This document shows, one piece after another, positions 52,401-64,000 of a DNA stretch of 64,000 nucleotides. The DNA comes from Mobula hypostoma (lineage: Eukaryota). The stretch spans positions 166,038,001 through 166,102,000 of the forward strand of contig NC_086097.1 in assembly GCF_963921235.1 (NCBI RefSeq), written 5' to 3'. A model generated the notes under the pieces. That model saw nothing but the letters and a program-made list of their open reading frames with translations, did not search any database and was not told the DNA's origin. The position numbers were made by a program, and so were the translations under genes. The number at the start of each line of letters is the position of its first letter. The first letter of the stretch is position 1.

Positions 52401-55400
52401 CTATCAGCTCTGTAACCTTTCTGTAAAAGAAAGACTTATCTTTAACTAGCATTTTCTGCAGCTCTCTAGGAGAAGCACATTACAGCTAATATTTACAGAA
52501 TACAGCCACTGTTGAAATGTAGAAAATGCAGCAGCCATTGTGTATATAGCAAGCCGCCACAAACAGCAGTGTGATAATGAGACCATAATCTGTATTTTTT
52601 ATGTGATGCTGACTGCGGGATAAATATTCGCCAGAGAGATCACTGCTATTCTTTTTTAGTATAGTCTGAGCTGATGAAACCGGCAGACCTTGGTTTAATG
52701 CTCCATTGCAAAAGGTGTCTCCTCTGACAGTGCAGCGCACTGCCTGTACTGCAGTGGAACATCACCTACATTCAGAGTATTGTCACGGTGTGTCGTGGAA
52801 ATCTGACTCTGTGGCAAAGGCATAGCTCCTGGTGAGTGAGAGGTGGAACAGGCTCAAGAAACGAAATGGGTGTATCCTTGTTTTTTTTTGTGTTAGGATT
52901 AAAGGAACTTAGATAAAAGTGCTGGGATTTATTCAAAGCAAAAGGGACACTGAGTGTAATGCTTTGGAGGCCTTTCTGTTTCAAATTCTCCTCTGCGGAG
53001 GAGTTCTGTGGCTGTGTGGCTGGATGTACACTTACTCCTTTGCTTTGACTGCTAGATTAGTCAGTCTCACATTTTGTAAACATTTAGGTCTTAAGGAATC
53101 TTCCAACTTATTAAACCATTTTGGTCTTAATAAACTATTTTTTCTATTTCAACAGTAAGATGAGAAATTCAGTTCTCATTTTTAACATATTTTGTTCACG
53201 AGCAGCGGTCTGCTTGGGCTGCAGTTAAATGGTCTGTTTGTCGAACACCCAACTGAGAACTGGTACAAATTGGGAAATATTTTTCTGCGCGCGTCACACG
53301 GACAAACTAAGTCGAGCAGCAAGACACCAGTAGAATGTTTATTTTTAAAATAATCAGGAATCCCTGTTGAATATCCTTAACATGTTAGTACTTCAATCAG
53401 ACATCAGCAATGCATGGATCAGATAGTATTAGCACTGCTTGCGATTGGTAGTTTTTAACACTATCAGAAATGCATATGGTAAATGAATGAAAAATCACTT
53501 TCAGTCAGTGCCAGGCCCTGTTCCAACTTTTCTCTGAGCTTCTTCTGTTTGAGGCTCCATCCAGATGCATTGACAAACAAGCCCCGATCAAACAGGCATT
53601 AAAACCAGTGACGGGTGTAAGTGCTAGCACACCCAGAAAAATTCAACAGTTCTATGTTGATGGCCTTTGATGAGGCTTTGAAGGCAAAGTGCCAGCAGTA
53701 TATGTGGCTTTATGAGCCCGGGCCAGCTGGCCTTTGTGAAAGTAATGGCCAGATATAAATACACAAAACATTTTCCTGGGAGGAGGAAGGATCTATCCAT
53801 TTATTGCATTATTTTCCTAAACACAGAACAAAGAGTATGGAGGAGGAAGAGGAGGGCATGAGGTTACTGATCCAGTATATTTTTTTAACAATCTGGCTCA
53901 TTGTATGTAGCTTCTTTCTGAATAATACTTGTCTTTTTCAGTTATAGTTGTACTTCACATAAATCATCAGTGACTGCTATTGTTTGGTGACTTAGTTTTC
54001 AATACATTTTCCACTGCACTTCAGTAAATCTGTTCTGGCCAATCTCCAGTGGCCAGTGTGGCTGTATTCATGACTCAGACTATTGGGATCTTCATTTTGA
54101 CAGTCACTTAGGACCTTGGAGATCTTACATACCGTTGTTCATGTGAAGGGAGTTTAACAGGATGCTTGAGTTAGTGAATTAACTCAGCCTATAATTGATC
54201 AAAAGGGAACAAATACATAAATTAAATCCATAGTTTCTCAGTCATTTCTTGACATTTTTGTTTTTTTTCTTACTCTGCCATGTCAATGAACACTTAGAAA
54301 ACTTCTTAGCATTCCTTTTATTTCCTGTTCCAATGTGTTTCACGGCAATGGAGGGAGGGGCTCTTGATGTAAACCCCCTCCAATTTAATGAACGTTGGAA
54401 ATGAAAGAAGTCAATGGAAGGCATTGTCCAAACTCAGGAGTAGAACATGGGTCTGATGCTCATCTATAGTTCCCTGCAATGGCAAGCAGACATCACTGGC
54501 CTGCCTGCCTTTTCAAGAGCTGCTGACAACAGTTTCAAGAAGCGTTCTGGTGTTGGATGCCTATAAAATTACAACATTTTCTCAGCCATTACAATGGGTA
54601 ATCTGCATGCTGAACTTCAGCAATTACAACGGAGAGGAAAGCCTGGGAGGGAGAAAGGGAATATCCAGGGGTAATTATTTTTTTAATTGAGTAACTTATT
54701 TACTGTTGTAAGTATTTTGACATGCTCTTCACAGCAATTAGTTGTTTTTTCCCAATGTTACTGCAATAAGAATTTTAAATAGTTTACAACTGGATGATCC
54801 TGTATACACACTCAGCTGTAGACATTGTAGCCGGCTTCATTAAGAAGATTGCTGCTTGAAAAAGTTGATCCAGGTTAATGTGGAAGTAGTAGAGTGACAA
54901 ATAAAGATGGTTCATCGTTGCCAGGGAATTCAGGGCTAGTAAAATTCATTCTATTTGACAACTGATAGGCCCAGGATCATTAATTCTCAGAGAAAAGTGG
55001 TCAACAAACAAATCTTTTTCCAAGGTATGTGCACCTCTGCATAGTAATTATGTTTCTGTCATAATAAACCAGAAGGCTGAACTAATTAAACATGAGGACA
55101 TAAGCTCAAATCCCACTGCAGCAATTAAAGAACTAAATAAATATGGAATTAAATAACCACTATTAGTCATAGGGACTAGTAATTTTTGAATCTTTGTTTC
55201 ACTAATGTCCTTTACAAAACAGAAGTTGTTACCAATTTGTGGGAATATGTGATCAGTTGACTTTTAACTCCTCAGGAATGGATGTAAGAGAAAGAGTTGT
55301 GAAAAATAGCAGAGAAAATATTTTATCCATTATTTATCACCCAGTCAAGCTAAGAAAACAGTCTGTGTTTCACTGCTGTTTCTGAGATTTTGATAATCAC

Positions 55401-56940
55401 AGAATAGCTGGTGCATTTGCAATGTTATAGTCACAAATACATTTTACACATTGAGATATCTAGAAATGTCAATTTGGGTCAGACAATAAATGGTGGTCTT
55501 AATAGCAAGGCTAATACTTTCCAAAACAAAAGAACAAATATAAATCAATGTCAAAGAACAATTTTCTTTTTTGGTTTGTTTTTCTTGGCCAAATGGGTCT
55601 CCTAACAGTGGTTGGTTGTCATGGACAATGTAATGCAGAGAGCGAAAATTGTATCATTACTCAGGTAGTGAAACCATGGTAACACTGCATGTTAATTCAA
55701 GCAAATTAATGTTCTTCCAAAGGAAGTCTCATCAGGTCTGAAACAAGATTCCAACTACTGTACATTGACCCTATTTGTCACTGGGTGTGGATATGGCCCA
55801 AGTGCGCAGTGAGAGATAACGAAGCAGGTCAATAGTTGACAGACTTTAATGCAAACGGTGTTAAAGGGAAAAGAAAACAATAAACGCTAGGCCAATCACG
55901 GCCGTTAACAAAAACTCTCAAATGGAAAACGAAGCCTACACTGTGGCTGAAAGGAACAACTAAGAATAAAACGAATACTGCTAGTCTGCAGAGTCATCTG
56001 ATTCAACAGTCCAATTTCTCAGGCAAGGCAGAATGCAAGCAGGCAGTGAAGCGTTGCTGTGCTGTGTCCAAGTCTCGACAAACACTGATGGAATGAATGG
56101 AGTTAAATACTATCACAATGAAATAATAATTAGCTGACACATTCATATTCACAAGCGCAATTGCCGAATCTGCTGCGCTGCCGAATCTGTGGTTGTGACA
56201 GGGCCCCCCTCTCTTGGCATAGCCCCTGAGGCGCTCCAGACCTGTGTCCGCTGGAAGTTCCGAATGAGGGACTTGTCCAAGATGTCCTTCAGTGATGTTA
56301 GTAGATAAGTGTCATGGTGTGCACTGCCAATTTTGGAGCCAAAGACTTCCACGTAGAGACAGAAACAAGAGCTTTTACAGAGGTAGTTCGACCAAGTGAC
56401 ACCGTGAGATGGATCATTCTCAAAATGAGGGCCCTCTGATTGGAGCTAATTTGGCATCTGCTAGAACAATAAAACTAACACAGAATCCCTGAGCCTATCA
56501 AAATAAACTTAACAAACTTAAACAGAAAGCACCAGGAAACCGCATTACAATGAGCGAGTTCCTCGAGAAAAACACAAGCAACTCTTAAACCATTAATAAC
56601 TGTTGTTAAGCAACAATTAACCAATTCAGGTGCTCTAAAAACCTCAGAGCCCAATGCTCTCTGATGCCCTGCACAGGCCTGAAGTAGTCACTACAGGACC
56701 CCCCTCCATACAGCTGCCACCTGATGGCCCAGGAAGACCTGAAAACTCAAGAGACCTTGGGGACTTGAGAGGGAAGCACGGGAACCCCAATAGACTGGGA
56801 GGCCTGAGAACCCCAACAGACTGAGATCAAGAAACCTCTGGTGGGGCTGAGAGGGAGACTTGGGAGTCCTCGAGATGGGGGAGGACATTGAAAACCCCAA
56901 ACACTTTGATTAAACCTTGGAAACAATCAGAAAAATAAAA

Positions 56941-57176
56941 AAAAACGCAAACAACAGGAATTCTGCAGATGCTGGAAATTCAAGCAACATACATCAAAGT
57001 TGCTGGTGAACGCAGCAGGCCAAGCAGCATCTATAGGAAGAGGCGCAGTCGACGTTTCAGGCCGAGACCCTTCGTCTTAGTCCTGACGAAGGGTCTCGGC
57101 CTGAAACGTCGACTGCGCCTCTTCCTATAGATGCTGCTTGGCCTGCTGCGTTCACCAGCACTTCGATGTATGTTGC
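56941..57176. repeat. Young Penelope pLTR head-to-head hairpin
   Basis: Near-perfect inverted arms of ~95 bp around 57077-57084. 13-bp TSD cagaaaaataaaa (56928-40, 57177-89). Confidence 0.9.
57078..57115 (+). ncRNA. Minimal type I hammerhead ribozyme
   Basis: Identical to 48735-48772. Confidence 0.8.
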
Positions 57177-57695
57177 CAGAAAAATAAAATCCTTGGGAAC
57201 ATAGAGAAAAGTCCTCAGGAAACCGTGAAAGTACGCAACTTGAAATGTAGAGAAGGAACCTTTTCAAATCTTGCTCAGTGTTTTACCTTTCACAATTTTT
57301 TCCAGAGGCAATTAGGATATACTCAATTTTACAGATCAAGACAGTATAGGAAGGTTTCTTTCATCGCTAAGCTAGATGGTTCTCTGTAGATCTGTTTAAT
57401 TGCTACATGAAAGTTCAATTTTCCCAGTCTGTACCATGACTTTCATCAAGAGGTTAAAAATACTCTTGATAGGGTTACTTCACTTGTGTATTTGCACACT
57501 CCAGCCAGGGATCAGTTTTTGGAGTAGGGCTGTTCTAGAATTTACACTATTGACTTGAATGATGATTTGTTGAATCAATTGATAAGCTTGCTTGAAGCAC
57601 TCATTTGTTATGCAGACCTTAGTGACAGGTCCATGAAGCTGGGAACCTGGGTATTTGTGACTTGAAAAACTTGGAATGGATACCGGAGAAACTCA

Positions 57696-58573
57696 GGCTA
57701 CGTCCACACTAGACCGGATAATTTTGAAAATGTCGATTTCGCGTAAAAACGATAGGCGTCCACACCAGGCGTTTTTGAAAATATCTCCGTCCACATTAAA
57801 ACAGATATTTGGGCGAATCTCCTCCTACTGGGCATGCGCAGGACGCACAGAAAACAAGCGAAGAGGAAACGGTATACTTGGTGCGCATTTGTCCAGTTAC
57901 AGACTGGAAAAACTGAAAAGGAAACTGCCAAACGAAAGACTTGGTGCACGTTTGTCCAGAAACATTTCCTACAGCCATAGTCTCTTCACCGATGAAAGGG
58001 ATGATAGCTACAACCTAATGCAATAAGGCTTGTTACTGGGCAAAAGTGAAATTTGCTGTTACCTCACTTGTTTGCCTTTACTTTTGGATGTCTTTGTGTA
58101 TTATTTTGCTGTATTTAACATGTGCAATAAAACAAGTTACTGGGCAAAAGTGACAATTGCATCTATTGAATGTTTGCATAAGCAATACATTAATAAAGTA
58201 CCTTGTTAAATGTATAAAACATGTCTGCATCAGTGTTATCTTGTATTTCCATACAATGTTACATTAGGCTGCTACCCATCTACTGTCAGATATTGTTGTT
58301 GTGGTGTTGGAGGTTGTGTTCAAGAAAACAATGAAATGCCGTGCTGCCGCCACCATTTGTTCTGACACGTCATGACAGTGTTTTTAAAATTAGCCGGTTA
58401 CCCCGTACACACTACAACGGCCAACCGGCGTTTTCAGATTTAAACACTCTGGAGAGTGTTTTAGAAAAGCTCCGTTTTCGGGGGAGGAAACGCCATTTCA
58501 GTATGGAAGGAGGCTCAAAACGAAGAGAAAAAGCTTTGGTTACGGATTTATCCAGTCTACTGTGGACGTAGCC
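57696..58573. mobile_element. PIF/Harbinger-type MITE
   Basis: TIRs ggctacgtccacactagaccggataa / ttatccagtctactgtggacgtagcc. 3-bp TSD TCA on both sides. Confidence 0.88.
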
Positions 58574-59969
58574 TCAGTGTAGACTAGAGAAACTGAGAAT
58601 GGACTTGGAACTCTCAGAATGTAGAGTCAGGACATGCACTGAAAATAAAGGCACCCTCTTGTCAAGCCACCAATGTCAAAACGTCACTGTTCAGATTTTG
58701 CTGGGTCCATTGCCTGGCAAGATCCTTCTATCACAATGGAGTCCGAAACAAAAGTTTATACATAGGAATTCCAATGGAACACTATTGCCTTGACGAATCA
58801 CTCTGACCAATGAATCTCAAGGCCAAGGTCTGCTGCTCTCTCTCTCTCTCTGCTGGGTCCATCCTTGTGTACTCGAAACTTGTCACCAGGTTCAGGCATG
58901 ACCCAAGTGCGAAGTGAGAGAGGTAGTTCACAGACTTTAATGCAAACGGTGTTAAACAGAAAACAATAAACGCTAGGCCAAAAGGGCCGTTAACTAAAAC
59001 TCTCAAAAGAAAAATGAAGCCCACACTGCGGCTGAAAAGAACAACTAAGAATAAAACGACTACCGCTAGTCTTCATAGTTAGTTGATTCGACAGTCCAAT
59101 TTCTCAGGCAAGGCGGAATGCAAGCAGGCAGTGAATCGTTGCTGTGTCCAAGTCTCAGCAAATAGAACGACGCAATGAATGGAGTTAGATACTATCACAA
59201 TGAAATAATAACTAGCTGACATGTGCATATTCACAAGCACAGCTGCTGAATCTGCTGTGCTGCCAAATCTGTGGTTGTGACCCTATTGTGTGGAATTAAA
59301 TGAATGCGTTAATTTTCTCACATTTTCAAAGCGTCTTACTTTTACTTCCTGATAAAATTGTAGCCTATTACACACAATCAAATTTCAGCAGTGGATGGAA
59401 GGGTACTGGAATACCATGATGCTGTTATAAGGAGGGCAGTTGTAGGTTGATGGCACAACTTCAGTTCTGCAACAGAAGCAAAATGTCACATCTTCCAAGA
59501 GATTCAGGGACTTTGGGACATTGATTCACTGTTGCTAAGATGTCAAGGAGAAAGTTACAGGGATACCATAAATGGAGCACACTGGAAATTCTATGGTGAA
59601 GCACAACGTTACTACGCGAATGTGATATAATGTCTGTGAAAACATTTTTGTATAGTAAATTTTGGCCAGAATTGCTAAGTCTGTAATTTTTTCTTCTAAA
59701 CTTGATTTATAAATGCATGGAGGTACCTGGACAAAGGCTCTGGTTTTCTATACTGTGCAGCAAACACTTGGAGTTTCCTTTGTAATTTTCTGTCACAAGT
59801 AAATGATACGTGGATGGCACTTGAGCAAAGATAAGCTGCAACAGAGTGTGTGAGGCTTGCTTTGGCATCACTTAAGGAGGCACTGGCTTAACTAGTCTCA
59901 GCCTTTGGATTCTGATACTGGTCATGCACAGTTTTTGTTACTTTTTCAATGACAATCTATTGTCTGTGG

Positions 59970-60470
59970 TACGAGTCTGTGGTGGCCAGTGCTATCATGT
60001 TTGCTGTTGTGTGCTGGGGCAGCAGGCTGAGGGTAGCAGACACCAACTGAATCAACAAGCTCATTTGTAAGGCCAGTGATGTTGTGGGGATGGAACTGGA
60101 CTCTCTCACGGTGGTGTCTGAAAAGAGGATGCTGTCTAAGTTGCATGCCATCTTGGTCAATGTCTCCCATCCACTATGTAATGTACTGGGTGGGCACAGG
60201 AGTACATTCAGCCAGAGACTCATTCCTCCGAGATGCAGCACAGAGCGTCATAGGAAGTCATTCCTGCCTGTGGCCATCAAACTTTACAACTCCTCCCTTA
60301 GAGGGTCAGACACCCTGAGCCGATAGGCTGGTCCTGGACTTATTTCATAATTTACTGGCATAATTTACATATTACTATTTAACTATTTATGGTTCTATTA
60401 CTATTTATTATTTATGGTGCAACTATAACGAAAACCAATTTCCCCCGGGATCAATAAAGTATAACTATGA
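59970..60470 (+). mobile_element. Rex1/Babar LINE 3' fragment
   Basis: ESVVASAIMFAVVCWG..SHPL..TERHRKSFLPVAIKLYN. Tail ggatcaataaagtataactatga. Confidence 0.85.
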
Positions 60471-60509
60471 CAAGTCCCTATATTAACAGCTATCCAACAC
60501 TTGCTCCTC

Positions 60510-63500
60510 TGTAACACCCTGGGAAAGGTTTCGCTGCTAATGTAATGGTTTTTCCTGTAGCAGCAGTGTTTGGGTGATGGCTAGAGATGATGGGGGCGTT
60601 AGAGTGTGTACCGTCCAATGAAGGGAGTGCTCTTGTTGTGTGCCTGAGACCATGGTGATCTGGGTCTTTTGTTCAGTGGAAGATGGAGAGTGAAGATGCC
60701 AGAAAGGAGAGGTCGTGGACACCAGAAAGGAGTGAACCTGGAGTGGGGCCAGGAGTCGACGAAACCCAGGGAAATCGATGGAAGACCAGCGGAAGAGAAA
60801 CCGTGAGCTCCGATTTGTGCACTAAAATGGGCCCTTTTCTTTTTATTTTAATTTACTGACCCTTTGGTCAAATTAAGAATTATAAAGCGAAATCGTTTAA
60901 TTGCATATGGTGTACCGTCTGTTATTTAATTGTACTGATTTGTCACAGGGTAACACAGCACGCAGCATCCAAACAAACAGGAGGTTTGGTGGGGCCAGAG
61001 ATTGTCTTACCCAGACTTACACAGTCGACAGAACCTGAGGGTTACAATTGTGGGGGCGAATGGCCCCTGCAAATGTAGAAGACATTTAGCAGCCTTTGTG
61101 TAAGTTGAAGGAAACTGGGATCATCACTGAGACCAGCAGCCCCTATGCATCCTCAATAGTAGTGGCCAGGAAGAAGAATGGGAAAATATGGATGTGTGTG
61201 GACTATAGGGCTCTGAACTGGCATACTGTCCAAACCAGTATACCGTCCCAAGGATTGAAGACGCCCTGGCCTGTCTGAGTGGTACAAAGTAGTTCAGTGT
61301 GCTGGTCTTGAGGAGTGGACTATGAGTGAGGCTGACAAAGAGAAGACAGCATTTATAAGTCCACTGGGATTCTTCCAGTTAGAAATGATGCCCCAGGGCA
61401 TATCAGGAGCCCCTGCAACCTTCCAGAGTGTCATGGAGAAAACGGTGGGGGATACGAACGTGCTTGAGGTATTGGTGTATCTGGATGACTTCATAGTGTT
61501 TGGATCCACCTTGGAGGAACATGAAGTGAGGCAACTGAAGGTGCATGGCCGTCTGAAAGCTGAAGGTTAAAATTTTCCCTGGACATGCCAGTTCTGCAAG
61601 ATGTCTGTCAGCTATGTCGGGCACATAGTCTTCCGGGATGAAGTACCTACGGATCTGTCTAAGATTGAAGCGGTGACCACTTGGCCAAGGCCCCAGACTG
61701 TGAGCGCTTTATACTCGTTCCTTGGGTTCTGTGGTTAATATCGGAGGTTCGTGAAGGGCTATGCAAAAACGAGTCACCGTTGAATCAGCTTCTGTGTGTT
61801 TACTCTCCCTTGGGGAAGAAAGGGAGGGGAGAAAAGGACAGGAGGGTAGAAAGTATCTTAGCCCATCGGAGCCCTTTAGACTGAAGTGGGATGTAAAATG
61901 TGAAAAGGCCTTTTAGTCGCTGAAGGAGCTGCTGACCCAGGCGCCGGTGCTGGCTTTTGCGGACCGCCGATTGCTGTATGTATTCCACATGTATGCCAGC
62001 TGATAGGGCTTAGGGGGTGTCCTGTATCAGGATCAGGGTTCCGAGCTGAGGCCCGTTGCATTTGCCAGCCGGAGTCTGTTGCCCTCCAAGAAAAACTATC
62101 CCACACACAAATTGGAGTTTCTGGCATTGAAATGGGCTGTGGTGGATAAGCTGAGTGACGACCTCTATGGTGACAAATTTGAGGTGAGGACGGACAACAA
62201 TCATCTAACTTATATCCTGACCTTGGCAAAATTGGATGCCACAGGCCATCAGTGGTTGGCAGCGTTGTCAGCCTGATTTCAGCCTGAGGTACCAGCCAGA
62301 AAGTCAGAACATTGATGCTGATGCTTTGTCCCAACATAAGCATGAAGGGCTGGACAGGTACGAAGAGTGGGAGATTGTTCCTGCCCCAGGAGTGAAAGCC
62401 ATGTGCCAGTTTGCCATCACAGTGAAGGCAGGCAGAAGGCAAGGGCAGGATCGAGTGGTAGATCAATTGGGAGCTTCTGATGACGCCATTCCACAAGTTT
62501 ACTGTTATCTGACTGCTCTGAAGACAAACCAATTACCTGAACTGAGTCCTGAGGAACTGGCAGCTGCTTAGCGAGATGACCCAGGCATCGGTACCATTTG
62601 GTCAGCGGTTGAAAAGGGAGACGTGGCCCAAGCAGAGAAGACAAAACATGCTGCAGGTCCTCCACTACGGAGAGAATGGCCCAGATGGGAGTTGAGGAAC
62701 CAGATCCTATACTGGGTCATGTCTCCTCTGGACCGACCTCGGTGTTCCCGGCTGGTTTTGCTGGAGACGTATCAGAGGATTGTGTTGAAGTCGCTTCATG
62801 ATGATTCTGGATGTTTGGGGATTGAAAAGGCCTATGAATTGCTCAGAGGTCGGTTTTACTGGCCTTGAATGAAACCGAAGGTTGAAGAGTACTGCAAGTC
62901 ATGCATTCAATGCATACAGAGGAAGACGTTGCCTACGAGAGCAACTCCATTGTCCCACTTGCAGAGTGAGGGGTCCCTTGACCTGGTGTGTATGGATTTC
63001 CTGTCAATAGAGCCAGATGCCAGCAACTGGAGTGATGATGGCACTAAAGAGCGACTCCTTTGTTTGCATCTTCACAAAGAGCTCTATTTCCATCTACAGT
63101 ATCTTTATTTTCCCCTTTCAGGGTTCTTTTGAAGACCCTGGCCTGGAGTTACACACTGACTACGGTTCTTTGCGGGAATGGGACCCACACTTGGGGTTTC
63201 ATAACTGGCCGTTTTTGTGTTTGGCACGCCAAGGGCTCATCTTTGGAGGCCTAGGATCCCAGGGCTCTGGAGACGGGAGGATTGAAGGGTGGTGTCACGG
63301 CAGGAGATCTGTGTGTCATCGAGGGAGTCAGAATATCTACGGCTGTGTGCCCAGATCTTTGGGCACAGAGCTCGAAAAAAAAGCGGCGTAACAGGCTTCT
63401 AACTCCGTAAACCAGCGAGTTTTTTGTTATGTCTCCCCGCTTGCTGTGAAAACGGAGACACCTCTTTCTCCCTTATTAGCAAGAGAGAGAGAGAGTCTGT

Positions 63501-64000
63501 GGTATGTTGAATACTGGGTGAAACGTGAAGTCTTTGGGGTAACTGCAAGACTGTGCCTTTGCTGTTGCTTTGCTCACGCTTGTGTGCTAGGTGGTGGGTG
63601 CTGATGCTTTTTTTTGCCAGTGGGGGAGGGGGAATCATTGCTCGCTGCTGCTTACATGCGGGAGGGGGGAGCTGGGGGGGACTTGGGGGTTCTAACATTT
63701 AACTGTAGTTCATTCTTTGGGGCACTCTGTTTTCGTGGATGGTTGTGAAGTAAAAGCATTTCAGGATGTATATTGTACACATCTCTCTGACATTAAATAT
63801 ACCATTGAAACCTTTGAAATTTTTGAAACATGGCATATGTCTTAGTCATCATGGATCACTACACCAGATATGCACAAGCTTTCCCTATCAAGGATCAGCG
63901 GGCGTCCACAGTGGCCAAAGTGTTAAGGGAGAAGTATTTCATTTATCATGGTCTCCCCAGGCGGATACATAGTGATCAGGGATGGGATTTCGAGATCAGA
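60510..64000 (+). mobile_element. Decayed Gypsy LTR retrotransposon (LTR 60510-61046, then RT-RH-IN remnants; gag and protease missing); continues past the window
   Basis: tgtaac...gttaca LTR. SSPYASSIVVARKKNG, CVDYRALN, MPQGISGAP, YLDD, HKLEFLALKWAV, RFYWP, CMDFL and IHSDQG, with many stops and frameshifts. Confidence 0.9.
63028..63826 (+). mobile_element. Unclassified ~800-bp non-coding insertion within the Gypsy integrase
   Basis: Integrase reading MDFLSIEPDASN resumes as MAYVLVIMDHYTRYAQAF after it. (TTGAAA)-type repeated tail. Second copy at 12670-13052. Confidence 0.75.

Larger units (their letters stand above)
55776..59282 (-). mobile_element. Internally deleted chromoviral (Sushi-like) Gypsy element with non-coding interior
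   Basis: LTRs at 55776-56200 and 58881-59282. 5-bp TSD ctatt (55771-75, 59283-87). Gag start MDPAERE at ~58863. Chromodomain end KDILDKSLIRNF plus purine tract at 56201-56290. Confidence 0.82.

Noticed and set aside
169..57176. Recurring ~100-bp repeat considered as a CRISPR-like array or tRNA-SINE
   Set aside because: The copies are dispersed, variably truncated and in both orientations. They match the 3' pLTR of the Penelope elements, with no spacers and no pol III boxes.

Overview
This is eukaryotic, repeat-dense, apparently intronic or intergenic vertebrate DNA. The repeat mix (CR1, Neptune-type Penelope-like elements, Rex1/Babar, RTE, V-/Deu-type SINEs) suggests a cartilaginous fish such as a ray or shark; this is inference. 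I could not support any host protein-coding gene. Every recognisable protein is transposon-derived. Main contents: (1) a young full-length CsRn1-type Gypsy LTR retrotransposon (16714-21055, minus strand) with tRNA-Trp PBS, -1 frameshift signal and inactivating lesions. (2) Two young 5'-truncated Penelope-like elements plus about a dozen short pLTR derivatives. Their pLTR carries a minimal type I hammerhead ribozyme, and they repeatedly form asymmetric hairpin insertions with 12-14 bp TSDs. (3) A near full-length CR1 interrupted by a hAT element that itself contains a Tigger/pogo DNA-binding-domain fragment. (4) An internally deleted HERO-like REL non-LTR element. (5) A hollowed-out chromoviral (Sushi-like) LTR element with a probable self-priming PBS. 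(6) An RTE with an inverted 5' part, Tigger/Tc1/Harbinger MITEs, a decayed Gypsy at the right edge, and several repeat-free blocks that may be conserved non-coding elements. Coordinates were counted by hand; ends of old repeats are approximate.
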